From contig CAXXVZ010000003.1 of the NCBI GenBank assembly GCA_963678065.2, forward strand, positions 1,920,001 through 1,984,000: DNA of 64,000 nt, in the 5' to 3' direction. The notes beneath the pieces were generated by a model that saw only the letters and a list, made by a program, of their open reading frames with translations, had not been told where the DNA came from and did not search any database. This DNA comes from Treponemataceae bacterium (lineage in GTDB: Bacteria; Spirochaetota; Spirochaetia; Treponematales; Rectinemataceae). A program made the position numbers and the translations under genes. Shown here in pieces: positions 28,152-38,975 of this stretch. Position 1 is the stretch's first letter, and each line of letters begins with the position of its first letter.

Positions 28152-31100
28152 ATGCCTGCTATTAGTCTGCATTGGCTCGGCAGCCCGATGGTAAAGGTTG
28201 ACGGCGAAGAGACACTTCCCAAGACTCGCAAGGCCCTCGCGTTGATCATCTATTTGAGCGTCACGAGGAGAGGCCATAGCCGGGATTCCCTGTCGACGCT
28301 TCTGTGGCCGGATTTCGATCGAAGGAGGGCGCACGCCAATCTTCGACAGACCCTATTGTACGTCAACAAGATTTTCGGGAAGGAATTCTGCGAGCTACAC
28401 CGCGACGTCGTCTCGATCGGCGCGGCGCCGGGCATATGGGTCGATACCGATGAACTGATGAAGACTCTGGGCAAAGTGGAAGCCCACCGCCACGGGAAAG
28501 GCGGCATGTGCGACGACTGCATGCGGTCGATGCAGGATCTGGCCGGGATATGCCGCGGCCATTTTCTGGATGGATTTCACCTGCCGGGATGTTCCGAGTA
28601 CGACATATGGCAGGAATCGCAAGGGCAGGAGTACAGTCAAAAATTGACGAACGTGTTCGAGAGATTGGTCAATGCGTCGATCATCGCGAAGGACCGCCAG
28701 AACGCCATCTATTACGCCCGGAGGTGGCTGCTGGAAGATTCCTGCAACGAGCTGGCCCACAGGACCCTCATGCGACTGTATTTCGAGATCGGCAAGAAAT
28801 ACGCGTCGTTGCGGCAATACCAAGACTGCATCAAGTCCCTGAAAGAGGAGCTCGGAATATCGCCGGAACCCAAAACACTCGAATTGTACAGTCAAATATG
28901 CAAGGACAATCTCGACGACGAACAGGAAATAAGCCATCATCAGTCCGTCATCCAGGCCCGCGCGGACAGCCAGGCATCCGGCCGCGCGCTGCCTATCAAG
29001 AACTCCATTCCGTTCATGCCAAACGACTATGTAGAAAGATCCCGCCTCGACTCGAAACTGAACGACGGCCTGCAGATACCGGTCACGCTGGTATCCGGGC
29101 CGGCAGGGTTCGGCAAGACGACGCTGTTGGCGCAGTGGGCGCAGTGTTTGATGAAGCGGCAGAGAGTGACCGTGGCTTGGTTCTCCGTCGATGGTTCCGA
29201 CAACGACGAGGTGCGCTTCCTCAACAATCTCAGCCACTCGCTCAGCAGCGCCAGATCGATGTCCCTGGAAAAGGAATATCTCTTTCTTCAGACGGCTCCT
29301 GCTCCCATGGCAAAAGCGACCATCGATTCATTCCTGTATGCGCTTGAAGCGAAAAGCGAACCGGTGGCCATCGTTCTGGACGACTTCCACTTCATCGAAA
29401 ACAAAAAAGTCCACGCCTTGCTGATGGAGTTGATAGAGAGGATGCCCTCGAATGTGCATGTATTCATTTCGACAAGATCGGACAGTCCTGTAGGAATATC
29501 GAGATTTCGCCTGAATAAAGGCATAATCGAGATAAGGATGGATGATCTCAGGTTCACCGCTCAGGAAATGGAAGCATATCTGAACACATGCAGAAGGCTT
29601 GATCTGTCCGATAGGGAGCTGGACTTGCTGGTAATCAAAACGGAAGGATGGATAGCCGGCCTGCAGATAGCCGCGAATTCGCTGAAAGGAGACCGCGGAG
29701 ATTCCGCCGCGATCGCGAATTTTTGCGGCAGCAAGAGCCAGATCATGGATTACATGGTGGAGGAAGTGCTGCATGGCCAGGATATGGGGGTCATGGATTT
29801 CCTTCTGCGGACGGCGATACTGGACAAGATGACGGATTCGCTTTGCAGGGCGATGACGGGAATGGACAGCTGTCAAGAGATACTCGAGAGACTCGTGAGT
29901 CTGAACTTGTTCATCCAGCAGCTCGACGAAGACCGGTTGTGGTACAGGTATCACCATCTGTTCAGGGACGTGCTGGAAACAAGGCTGAGACGGTCGTTGA
30001 CGGATGAGAAAATCAGAAGCATGCACATGACCGCGGCGAGGTGGTATCTGTCACAAGGGCTCTACGACGACGCGATAACCCACAGCCTGCACGCGCGCAA
30101 TTACGGGTTCATCGCTCGCCTGATCGACGCTGCGTTCATGGAGAAGCTGTCGCAGGGCGATCACGGAGCGGTGGTCGCATGGATAGACGCGATGCCGGAC
30201 GACGTCGTCCGGAAGTACCCCAATCTGTGCGTGGCGAAATCATGGGCCTTGCTGTTTTCAGGGCTGATCGCTCAGGCGGAAGTCTACCTTAAATGCGTCC
30301 AGGACAGCGTTCGCGACGCGTCGGGGAAAGAGGAATCGCGTATCCCTTCATATATCACCGCCATCCGCGCCTACGTCGCGGAATGCAGAGGCGATGAAAA
30401 GCTGGGCATGGAACTTGCGCTGGAAGCCAACGAGCAGCTGGCTGAAGACGATTTTTTCCCGCGGGGGGTGATGTTCTTCCTCCTCGGGAGGCTGTACAGA
30501 AAAATGGGCGATCTGGATTCCGCGGAGGGGACATTCCTGAAGATCGCGGAATTGGGGATATCCCACGGCAATCAGTGGATGCAGGCGATAAGCGTGTGCG
30601 ATATAGCGACTATCAGGCAGATGCAGGGGAGATTGTCGGAAGCATCGGAGATTTGCAGGAATTTCATACTGCGGACGATGACGAACAGCGAGTCGGACCA
30701 TGGCACCGCGGCCCGCGTGCTGTTCAGGTTCTCCGATATACTCTACGAGAAGAACAAGATAAAGGAGGCCAGGAAGAATATCGCGACTGGATTCAACTCG
30801 ATGCTCGAAGGGCAGAATCCGAACGATCTCGCCTTCGGCAATATCGAACTCGCGCAAATCTATCTTGCGGCGAGGAACGAAAGAGGCGCCAGGCATACAT
30901 TGAAGACGCTCGACGAATTGAAAACGAAATTCGATCTGCACCCGCACTTGGTGAGCTGGATGGAGATCTGCAGAATCAGATTCGAGCGGGAGTCGGGGAA
31001 CTGGTATGAGGCTGCGGCTCTAGCCCGAAGACTCGTCTCCAAAAAGGTGGATGGACCGCTGGTTAAGGAATTCGAGCTGATCGAGTATTGTCGAGTCCTC

Positions 31101-31460
31101 GTCCACTGCCCGGACGGCGCGACGAACAGGCAATTCATCCGGGAAGCCATGGGAATAATGGATGATTTATCGAAAACGACAAAGCTGGAGGGGCGACTCT
31201 ATCGCCATTACCAATTGGTCATTCTCCAGGCTGTCGCCACTAGCCTGATGGGAAACTCGGAGGAAGCTTTGATCCTCATCACCCGGGCCTTGGCCGCCTT
31301 GGAATCCGAGGGCTACCTGAGAACCTTCCTGGACGAAGGCGCGCTCGTCGCGGATCTTCTGAAGATGGGCCAAGAAAGAAGAACATGGGCGTCTCTGCCA
31401 TTGCGGTATTATGTGGACAGCATTCAAAGCGCGTTTGCCCGCGAGAGTCTCACAGTATGA
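28152..31460 (+). CDS. Transcriptional regulator: SARP/BTAD N-terminus fused to a MalT-like STAND ATPase/TPR region
   Basis: SRDSLSTLLWPD, ELAHRTLMRLY, EELGISPEP; then GPAGFGKTTLL, LDDFH, TEGWIAGLQ, WYRYHHLF; ends without a LuxR HTH. Confidence 0.85.
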   Translation: MPAISLHWLGSPMVKVDGEETLPKTRKALALIIYLSVTRRGHSRDSLSTLLWPDFDRRRAHANLRQTLLYVNKIFGKEFCELHRDVVSIGAAPGIWVDTDELMKTLGKVEAHRHGKGGMCDDCMRSMQDLAGICRGHFLDGFHLPGCSEYDIWQESQGQEYSQKLTNVFERLVNASIIAKDRQNAIYYARRWLLEDSCNELAHRTLMRLYFEIGKKYASLRQYQDCIKSLKEELGISPEPKTLELYSQICKDNLDDEQEISHHQSVIQARADSQASGRALPIKNSIPFMPNDYVERSRLDSKLNDGLQIPVTLVSGPAGFGKTTLLAQWAQCLMKRQRVTVAWFSVDGSDNDEVRFLNNLSHSLSSARSMSLEKEYLFLQTAPAPMAKATIDSFLYALEAKSEPVAIVLDDFHFIENKKVHALLMELIERMPSNVHVFISTRSDSPVGISRFRLNKGIIEIRMDDLRFTAQEMEAYLNTCRRLDLSDRELDLLVIKTEGWIAGLQIAANSLKGDRGDSAAIANFCGSKSQIMDYMVEEVLHGQDMGVMDFLLRTAILDKMTDSLCRAMTGMDSCQEILERLVSLNLFIQQLDEDRLWYRYHHLFRDVLETRLRRSLTDEKIRSMHMTAARWYLSQGLYDDAITHSLHARNYGFIARLIDAAFMEKLSQGDHGAVVAWIDAMPDDVVRKYPNLCVAKSWALLFSGLIAQAEVYLKCVQDSVRDASGKEESRIPSYITAIRAYVAECRGDEKLGMELALEANEQLAEDDFFPRGVMFFLLGRLYRKMGDLDSAEGTFLKIAELGISHGNQWMQAISVCDIATIRQMQGRLSEASEICRNFILRTMTNSESDHGTAARVLFRFSDILYEKNKIKEARKNIATGFNSMLEGQNPNDLAFGNIELAQIYLAARNERGARHTLKTLDELKTKFDLHPHLVSWMEICRIRFERESGNWYEAAALARRLVSKKVDGPLVKEFELIEYCRVLVHCPDGATNRQFIREAMGIMDDLSKTTKLEGRLYRHYQLVILQAVATSLMGNSEEALILITRALAALESEGYLRTFLDEGALVADLLKMGQERRTWASLPLRYYVDSIQSAFARESLTV

Positions 31461-31545
31461 CTCTCCCACCAGCGAACGCTCAGGGTGCCACTGCACCCCA
31501 ATCAGGGGAAGTTCCTCGTGGTCAAAGGCCTCCGCGCGGACTTTC
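31457..31545 (-). pseudogene. C-terminal remnant of class I glutamine amidotransferase (peptidase C26-like)
   Basis: EAFDHEELPLIGVQWHPER motif with no upstream catalytic Cys region. Confidence 0.55.
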
Positions 31546-31769
31546 GCAGCTATCGTGACACGATTCTCCCGAGGCGGCAGTGTGGAATAATCCAAGAAAG
31601 GTGGACAATCTTAAAAACTGCGGCTTCCCCCCACGTGTTCCGGAATCGACCGAATCGTTGAGCCGCACCTCGCGCGAGAGCCGCTAAGCGCGCCTCCGGG
31701 GCTATCGGAACGATCGTTCGCCTCGGGCATAGTCTCGCAATGCGGCACGATGCATGTTATAGTCGTGTC

Positions 31770-33122
31770 GTGAGACCTAACCCCTCGGCCGCGCGCTGCA
31801 GGCTCGCGACGTGGCTCCTGCTCCCGGCCCTGGCCTGCGCGGGCATGGCGTCATGCGGCGCCTGGAAGGGGGCCGAAACAGCCTCTCGTCCGTCCCGCAA
31901 GATCCAAGTCATGGCTTCTGACGGCTGGATATACGATGTACTCGGCGAGAACGCCAAGCTCTTCGAGAAGGAGACAGGCATCAAGGTCTCGTTCTCGATA
32001 TACGCCCCTCACGTCTACTTCCGGGCCCTCAAAACGACGCTCGACTCAGGAGAGGCCCCCGACGTCTTCCTCATGCAGTCGACGAGGTGGTACCTCGGCG
32101 GCGAGATCGATCCCCGCAAGTATTGCATCGACCTGACTGGCGAGGAATGGACCAAGCGACTCAAACCCGAGTGGCTCCCTACCGTCTCGCACGAGGGGCG
32201 CATTTACGGCCTGGTCCTGTGGGACGACTACACGGGCTGGGTCTACACCTACAACGACAAGATCTTCAAAAGACTGGGCCTTAGCCCGCCGAAAACCACC
32301 AAGGAATTCATGGCCGTATGCGAGAGGATCAAAGCGGCCGGCATCCTGCCTATCTACGAGCCGGGCGCGAGTCGATGGCACTCCTCGCTCACCTTTTTCG
32401 AGCTGGGGGCGGCTTTCGAGGAGCGCGAGAAGGGCCTATACAACCGCCTGAACGCGAACAGTCAGACCTTTGCGGGCTACAGGCCCTTCCTAAAGACGCT
32501 GGAACAGATCCTCGCTGCGATGCGCTCGGGGTACTTCGGCGGCGACTTCATGGCGAACACCATCGAGGGTGCGAAGAGCGCGCTGATCTCAGGCTCCGCC
32601 GCGATGACGCTCAACAAGATAGGCTTCGCGAGGAGCGTCCTCAAGACGAACCCCGATTCCGGGGCGGAGTCCTGGGGAATGTTCCCCATCCCCTGGCTCG
32701 ACAACCAGACCGTGAGTATCGAGCGCTCAGCGCCCGCATGGTTCGGCAACGCCAAGAGCCACGATCAGGAAGCCGTGCTGCAATTCTTCCGCTTCCTGAC
32801 GCGGGAGGACAATCTCTATCGCTACGCCGTGGAGCAGCCCGAGGGCCTGGGTCTTTCCTTCCCGACCAGGCCCGTGCCTCTCCTGCGGAACGAGCAGGCC
32901 TTCCTCGGCTTCGCACGACTCGGCGGGGAGCCCTTCCAGGGAGGGGTCAAGTACATCATGGCGCAATGGATGGAGATAGAAGCCGACTTCGAGCAGATGC
33001 TGGCCGGCGCGATGACGCCCGAGCGCTTCCTCGAGGGAGTCGACGCGCGCCGGGCCAACATGGCGATCGCGGCGGGCGACCCGGCCTGGCTAAAAGCTAA
33101 GTCCGGTTCATCGAGTCCCTGA
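31770..33122 (+). CDS. Orphan carbohydrate-binding lipoprotein (SBP family 1)
   Basis: Lipobox-like MASC; FEKETGIKV, SGEAPDVF, YNDKIFKRLGL; GTG start 6 nt after TATAGT (start uncertain). Confidence 0.85.
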   Translation: MRPNPSAARCRLATWLLLPALACAGMASCGAWKGAETASRPSRKIQVMASDGWIYDVLGENAKLFEKETGIKVSFSIYAPHVYFRALKTTLDSGEAPDVFLMQSTRWYLGGEIDPRKYCIDLTGEEWTKRLKPEWLPTVSHEGRIYGLVLWDDYTGWVYTYNDKIFKRLGLSPPKTTKEFMAVCERIKAAGILPIYEPGASRWHSSLTFFELGAAFEEREKGLYNRLNANSQTFAGYRPFLKTLEQILAAMRSGYFGGDFMANTIEGAKSALISGSAAMTLNKIGFARSVLKTNPDSGAESWGMFPIPWLDNQTVSIERSAPAWFGNAKSHDQEAVLQFFRFLTREDNLYRYAVEQPEGLGLSFPTRPVPLLRNEQAFLGFARLGGEPFQGGVKYIMAQWMEIEADFEQMLAGAMTPERFLEGVDARRANMAIAAGDPAWLKAKSGSSSP

Positions 33123-33864
33123 ACGCCGTGGGGGCGAGGCCCGTCTCTCTCTTGAAGAGGCGCGAAAAATATAGCGGATCCTCATAGCCCACGGCGGACG
33201 TGACCTGTTTTATCTCGAGGTTCGGGTGCCCCACGAGGAGCCGCTTCGCTTTCTCCACGCGGAGCTTTATGAGCTCCTGCGTTGGCGTGCTTCCCGTGAT
33301 CCTGTTGTACAGGCGGAGCAGATACGCGGTCTTGCAGCCGAAGGTAGCGGCGAGCTTCTCCAGGGAGTAGGGCTGGCGATAGTTCTCCTGAAGGTAGACC
33401 TTGATGGCTTTAACGAGATCCTCTTCCCTGGCGCCGATCCGGTCCAGGCCGTATTCTTTATCCACGATGCCCGTCGAGGACTCCAACCTGATTCGGATCC
33501 TCCTTAAAATCTCCTGCAAGCCTTCGGCGTCGATCGGCTTAAGTATATAATCGTCAACGCCGAGCTCGATTGCCCGGCGGGCGTACTCGAATTCACTGTA
33601 GCCTGAGATGATGACTATCCGGATGTCCGCGTTCGTCGCGCGGATCCGCTCGACGAGGTCGAGCCCGCCCAGCACTGGCATCTTGATGTCGGTAATGAGG
33701 AGGTCGGGTAAATAGCGCTCGACAAGCTCAACGGCCTCCTCTCCGTCCGCAGCGGACCCGACGCACTTGAAATACGGATCGAGCTCCGCAGTCTTTCGGG
33801 TCACGTAGTCCCTCATTCGCTCCTCGTCCTCGGCGACGACGTAGGTGAAACAGCGCTCAGCCAT
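33097..33864 (-). CDS. YesN-like response regulator (receiver + AraC)
   Basis: AEDE, TDIKMP, KP; VGYEDPLYFSRLFK. Confidence 0.93.
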   Translation of the reverse strand: MAERCFTYVVAEDEERMRDYVTRKTAELDPYFKCVGSAADGEEAVELVERYLPDLLITDIKMPVLGGLDLVERIRATNADIRIVIISGYSEFEYARRAIELGVDDYILKPIDAEGLQEILRRIRIRLESSTGIVDKEYGLDRIGAREEDLVKAIKVYLQENYRQPYSLEKLAATFGCKTAYLLRLYNRITGSTPTQELIKLRVEKAKRLLVGHPNLEIKQVTSAVGYEDPLYFSRLFKRETGLAPTAFRDSMNRT

Positions 33865-35674
33865 GTATTCGAGCCCCCATGGTGATCCTGGCTCCTCCCT
33901 CAGATCTGTTGCCAATCTCGAAGACGGACCCATCTCCGAACGCCAGCTTGAATCGTTCGTACGAATTCAATATCCCCATCCCGGATATCGAGAGGGTCGG
34001 GAGTCCCCTGCCCTCTCGCTCGCGGGCGGCGATTCTCTCGCTCACGCGCTTCAGGGTCTCGACCGAGAAGCCCGGGCCGTTGTCCAGTATCTCGACCTCC
34101 CAGCGCCCGTCCGAGAGGCGACCATGGAGTTCGACGCGCCATGGAGGTCGGTTGGAGGTCCCATACTTAAAACAGTTCTCGATGAAGGGCTGGAAGACGA
34201 GCCTGGGAACGATGATCCCCCTCATCGCGACGGGTATGTCGATGACGAATTCGAGACTGTCCCCGAACCTCGCGCGCATCGCGGCGAGATAGCTCTCAGC
34301 GTACTCGGCCTCCATGCCAAGCGTAGCGGTCGTCTCTTCCGTTGACGAAACGTAACGGAGCACCTTCGCCAGGTTGACGATCAGCCCCTGTATGGCGCGC
34401 GCGTCGCTCTCTTCAGCCATGATGGCGATGGTCTGCAGCATGTTGTGGAGGAAGTGCGGGTTGAGCTGCGATTGGAGTGCCACCAGCTGGGCCTCCTTCT
34501 CGTGGGCCCTAAGCGATACAGCCTCTTGAATGGACTCGTTGAGCTTCAGCCTCATTCTATGGAAGGCGAGCCTGAGCGCGTCTATCTCGCCGGGGTCTTG
34601 TCCGCGCCTTCCCACGGCGACATCGTCCAGGTTCGCCAAGTCCACCTCGTCTATCTCGGCGTGCAGGGCCTTGATCGGCACGGTGACGCGGCGGGCTATA
34701 AAGTAAGACGCGACGAGGGAGCAGAGGATCGCGCCCAGGGTGAGTAGGGCGATCCGCGCGGTGTACTGCATGATGCTCGTCGACAGCCCAGCCGAGGGCT
34801 CTCCGATAATAACGATCCAGCCCGTGTCCTTCGAGGAGGTCGACGCGAAGAGCTGCGGATCGAGCCTCCCGGGAAGCATGCCCGTCGCTATAGGTCGGGT
34901 CGCGGCCTTCTGGGAGAGCCGCAGGAGCTCCTCGCCGTCGACCCGAGCTCCATCGTATGGATAGAGGAGGCGCCCGCCGCCGTCCACTACAAAAATCGAG
35001 ACCGTCGAGTTGCCGAGGCTATCCAGCTCGCTGAACAACGAGTCGCAGTATTGCTTCACCTCGATGACTCCCTGCGTGGAGCGCATGGAGTCCTGGAAGC
35101 TCCGCAGAAGGGAGACGTAGCGCTTGCCCTTGACGATCACCGAAGTGTCCTCAAGTAGAGGATCGCTGTGAGGGGGAAGGATCACTCGCTCGCCGCCCTT
35201 CCGCATTACCTCGGGGTACCAGGGCTCACGCTTCGCGTCGCGCTCGATGAGCCGGCTGTAGTACCCAGCTCCGATCATCTCGCCCTGTGGATCGAAAAGG
35301 TTCATTTGGGGCGCGGACTGATTGGGCCCTAGGATGGTGTCGCAGATCTCTATCAGGGCCTCGGTGTTCTCGAGCTTGGCGATCCTCTGCTCCACGGAAG
35401 CCGGCATGCGCGGCAGGGCGAGGTGGCGCATATACAGGTCCTGGAAGACCTGCGAGTAGACCAGCGTCAGGCTCAGCCGGTTCATCTCCCCGACCTGGGA
35501 GTCGAGGTTGGTCAGCACCGACTTGGAGAGCGAAGTCAACGTGTCGGCAAAGCGCTCGCGGGCGACCGAGGAGGCGTAATCGTATATCACGAGCGAGAAG
35601 ACCAAGAGCACGCTCACGAGCAGGAGCGAAACGGAGAGAAATATGGACCCCTGGACGGTCCGATAGTGTGTCAC
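33857..35674 (-). CDS. YesM-type sensor histidine kinase
   Basis: LQSQLNPHFLHN, FQPFIENCFKYG, DNGPGF; GTG start inferred. Confidence 0.92.
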   Translation of the reverse strand: MTHYRTVQGSIFLSVSLLLVSVLLVFSLVIYDYASSVARERFADTLTSLSKSVLTNLDSQVGEMNRLSLTLVYSQVFQDLYMRHLALPRMPASVEQRIAKLENTEALIEICDTILGPNQSAPQMNLFDPQGEMIGAGYYSRLIERDAKREPWYPEVMRKGGERVILPPHSDPLLEDTSVIVKGKRYVSLLRSFQDSMRSTQGVIEVKQYCDSLFSELDSLGNSTVSIFVVDGGGRLLYPYDGARVDGEELLRLSQKAATRPIATGMLPGRLDPQLFASTSSKDTGWIVIIGEPSAGLSTSIMQYTARIALLTLGAILCSLVASYFIARRVTVPIKALHAEIDEVDLANLDDVAVGRRGQDPGEIDALRLAFHRMRLKLNESIQEAVSLRAHEKEAQLVALQSQLNPHFLHNMLQTIAIMAEESDARAIQGLIVNLAKVLRYVSSTEETTATLGMEAEYAESYLAAMRARFGDSLEFVIDIPVAMRGIIVPRLVFQPFIENCFKYGTSNRPPWRVELHGRLSDGRWEVEILDNGPGFSVETLKRVSERIAAREREGRGLPTLSISGMGILNSYERFKLAFGDGSVFEIGNRSEGGARITMGARIHG

Positions 35675-35810
35675 GCCAGAATAATACCATAAAGTCCGCC
35701 CGGCCGCGCATGGAATTTTGTCCATGATCCGGCGCATTCCAGTCCATTTACGGCTTCCGAATGTGGCCACATAGTGATTCGAGATTATTCCGCAACAGAA
35801 GGAGGATTTG

Positions 35811-37079
35811 ATGATGAGGAAAACTATCCTCGGTATCGGTCTCGTGCTGCTTTGCGCGTCGGCGGCGCTCTTCGCCCAGCAGAAGGTGACGCTCACCGTC
35901 TGGGACTTCAAGTACGGAGAGGTCAATGCCGGCGGCGCGCAGGCCCCCATGAAGCAGAACGACGCAGCCTTCGAGAAGGCGAATCCCGGCGTCAGGGTCA
36001 ACCACGTGTCGCAGCCTCTCGAGCCTCAGTACTACCAGATCATCCAGAGCGCGGCTACGGCTAACGACGGCCCGGACGTCGCGATGTTCCACCCCGGCGC
36101 CCGCGTGAACGGCTTCGCCGACATCATCGTCGACCTCGATCCGTACATCAAGGACGTAAAGGGCCAGTTTACCCAGGCGAGTATCGAGATGTGCTCCCTG
36201 AACCAGAAGCTCGACCAGCCCGTGAAGGTGCTTCCGCTGACTATGCAGGGATTCGGCATCTACTACAACAAGGACTACTTCAAGAAGGCTGGCCTCGACC
36301 CCGAGAAGGCCCCCAAGTCCTCCGCTGACTTCCTCGCCGCCTGCGAGAAGCTCAAGGCCGCCGGGGTCGTACCGATTACCTCCGGCCAGACCTACACCAT
36401 CGACTTTTTCCTCCGCTGCGCCGCAGCCAACGCTTACGGCCCGAACGTCGGCGGTCTCGTGGACGGATCCCAGAAGTTCGACAACCCGGTGTTCAAGGAG
36501 AGCGTCACCTTCCTTAAGACCATCATCGACAAGGGTTATGTCGAGAAGGACGGTTTCTCCCGCCCATACTTCATGGACGGCATCGACAAGTTCGCCGCGG
36601 GCGGTGGGGCCATGTTCGTGGGCCTGCTCTCCGACGTCGGCAACTGGAAGATTTTCTCCGACCAGCTCGGCGCGAAGAACGTTGGCTACTTCCCCGCGGT
36701 CAACTTCGCCGACGGTAAGTACAAGGACCAGCAGGTCATGCAGGGCGCTGGCATCGGCTACGGCGTCATGAAGTGGTCGAAGAACCAGAAACTCGCCGCG
36801 GCCTACGTCAAGTTCGTGACGACCGGCGAGGGAGCCAAGACCTATGCCGCAGCCACCGGCGCCCTCTCGCCGAACACGGCCGCCGGCGGTTCCGACAATT
36901 CCTACCCCTTGCTGAAGGTCATCCAGGGTTACCTCAAGAACGGTGCCAAGGACTACATCCCCCTGTTCTACAACGGGTACGAGGACGACGCGAACCGCCT
37001 CTGCGATCAGGCTTTCGTCACCGGTCAGATCAGCGTCGATCAGTTCATCGACGAGTACCAGAAGCTGATTACGAAGTAG
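35811..37079 (+). CDS. Carbohydrate ABC substrate-binding protein
   Basis: SD AAGGAGG; signal peptide; FEKANPGVRV, YYNKDYFKKAGLD. Confidence 0.93.
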   Translation: MMRKTILGIGLVLLCASAALFAQQKVTLTVWDFKYGEVNAGGAQAPMKQNDAAFEKANPGVRVNHVSQPLEPQYYQIIQSAATANDGPDVAMFHPGARVNGFADIIVDLDPYIKDVKGQFTQASIEMCSLNQKLDQPVKVLPLTMQGFGIYYNKDYFKKAGLDPEKAPKSSADFLAACEKLKAAGVVPITSGQTYTIDFFLRCAAANAYGPNVGGLVDGSQKFDNPVFKESVTFLKTIIDKGYVEKDGFSRPYFMDGIDKFAAGGGAMFVGLLSDVGNWKIFSDQLGAKNVGYFPAVNFADGKYKDQQVMQGAGIGYGVMKWSKNQKLAAAYVKFVTTGEGAKTYAAATGALSPNTAAGGSDNSYPLLKVIQGYLKNGAKDYIPLFYNGYEDDANRLCDQAFVTGQISVDQFIDEYQKLITK

Positions 37080-37168
37080 ATAAGTCCGTCTTTTCCCAAG
37101 TCCACAAAAACGAGGGCGGGGCGCGCGCATTGCGCATGTCCCGTCCTCGCGTTCGCGAGGTGCCAACT

Positions 37169-38044
37169 ATGCGTCATCGAAGTTTGGAAAGGGACGGCGT
37201 CGCTCCCTATGTTTTTTTGGCGCCGCTCTTGGTGTTGCTGTTCGCGTTCATCCTCTACCCGGTAGCTATGAACCTTTTCGCCAGCTTCACCGAATGGAAA
37301 GGCTACGGCCCGCAAAAGTGGATCGGCCTTGCGAACTACCGAAAGATGTTCAGTGACAAGTCCTTCTGGACATCGCTTAAAAACACCGCGATCCTGATCC
37401 TCTACATACCGGTCAGCACTATCTTCACGCTATTCGTCGCGGCCCTGATGCGCGAGGGCATCAAGGGCTGGCAGGCCTATCGCGCTATCCTGTATATCCC
37501 GAACCTCCTGGGATACGTCATCATGGGCGTCATCTTCTCGATCTACCTCAGAGACGACGGAGCGCTCAACCTCCTCGTCAAGTTGGTCGCGGGCTCCCCC
37601 TTGCACTTCCTCATAAACCCCATCCTGGCCATTAATACCGTCGGAATCACCCTCGTTGTGTGGCTCCATCTCGGTTTCGGGATCATCTACTTCCTGGCCG
37701 CGATGAATGGCATCGATAAATCGATATACGAGGCCGCCCTGATCGACGGCGCCAGTTTCTGGAAGACTTTCGTAAAAGTCACGGTCCCGAGCGTCCGTTT
37801 CGCAGTCGAGTTCTTCGTCGTGTTCAACTTCATCGAGGTCTTCGCGCGTATGTTCTCCTTCATCTACACGCTCACGCAAGGCGGGCCCGGATACAGTACT
37901 TTCACGCTCGAGTACGGCATCTTCGCCCAGGGATTCCAGAAGTTCCATGCCGGCTATGCCAGCGCCTGGGCCATGGTACTGTTCATGTTCTGCGCCATCA
38001 TCTCGACGGTCCAGATACGCCTGATGCAGAGGAGAGACGCGTGA
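37169..38044 (+). CDS. Carbohydrate ABC permease
   Basis: PYVFLAP, WIGLANY, IYEAALIDGA. Confidence 0.93.
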   Translation: MRHRSLERDGVAPYVFLAPLLVLLFAFILYPVAMNLFASFTEWKGYGPQKWIGLANYRKMFSDKSFWTSLKNTAILILYIPVSTIFTLFVAALMREGIKGWQAYRAILYIPNLLGYVIMGVIFSIYLRDDGALNLLVKLVAGSPLHFLINPILAINTVGITLVVWLHLGFGIIYFLAAMNGIDKSIYEAALIDGASFWKTFVKVTVPSVRFAVEFFVVFNFIEVFARMFSFIYTLTQGGPGYSTFTLEYGIFAQGFQKFHAGYASAWAMVLFMFCAIISTVQIRLMQRRDA

Positions 38045-38880
38045 AGAAAACATCGTCGTTCAGCCCGGTCGCTCGCGTCGCCGTCCAGGCTTTCATGATT
38101 ATTCTCGTCCTCGCCTCGCTCCTGCCGTTGTACAATATCATAAGCGCGAGCCTCAAGTCGAACGATGAGTTCGTCGTGAATCCGATCGCCCTGCCGAAGG
38201 CTCCCATCTGGGACAATTATCAATATGCGGCCTTCAGCGGCCGTCTCTTGCAGTACACGGTGAACAGCCTGCTGTACGTTCCTTTAGCGCTTGTCCTATA
38301 CATAATAGTATGCGTCACAGCGGGCTACGCCTTCGGCAAGATGCGTTTTGCCCTTCGTAGACCCCTCTTCCTCCTTGTGCTTTTCATGTCTATTTTCCCA
38401 CAACTCCTCTTGGCCACTCAGGTGTTCAAACTGATCTCCCTCATGCACCTGACGAACACGGGGTTCGGCGCGATACTCTCTTGGGTCGCGTACTTCGCCC
38501 CCTTCGGAACATATATAATGACGACGTACTTTTCGGACATGCCCATCGAGCTAGTCGAAGCGGCCCGCATAGACGGCGCCGGACCCTTCCGGATCCTCGT
38601 CAGCATCATGGCGCCGCTCGCCATACCAATGGTGGCGACCCTCGCGATCATCGGCTTCCAATCGATGTGGAACGAAATGCCCTTTTCGCTGCTCATCCTC
38701 CAGAGCCAAGAACATAGGACTCTTACCGTTGGCATAGCGATGATGAGGGGCGAGTTCGGGCTTCGTGTGCCAATACTGAGCGCGGCCTTAGTGATTGCCA
38801 TGGCCTTTCCGCTCGTCATATTCCTCCTTTTCCAGCGCTACGTCACGCTCGGCGTCACGGCCGGCGCCGTGAAGGGATAA
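38041..38880 (+). CDS. Carbohydrate ABC permease
   Basis: ELVEAARIDGA; FQRYVTLGVTAGAVKG. Confidence 0.93.
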   Translation: MKKTSSFSPVARVAVQAFMIILVLASLLPLYNIISASLKSNDEFVVNPIALPKAPIWDNYQYAAFSGRLLQYTVNSLLYVPLALVLYIIVCVTAGYAFGKMRFALRRPLFLLVLFMSIFPQLLLATQVFKLISLMHLTNTGFGAILSWVAYFAPFGTYIMTTYFSDMPIELVEAARIDGAGPFRILVSIMAPLAIPMVATLAIIGFQSMWNEMPFSLLILQSQEHRTLTVGIAMMRGEFGLRVPILSAALVIAMAFPLVIFLLFQRYVTLGVTAGAVKG

Positions 38881-38975
38881 TGTCCGCGACGCCGGGCGAT
38901 CACTACCGCGGGGTACGATCGCCCGGTTCCAGCAGCTATCGGACCGAAGAATAACAACCCCTTAAGGAGAAGAGT

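Noticed and set aside
35748..37166. 472-aa minus-strand ORF
   Set aside because: Antisense shadow of a strongly codon-biased SBP gene.
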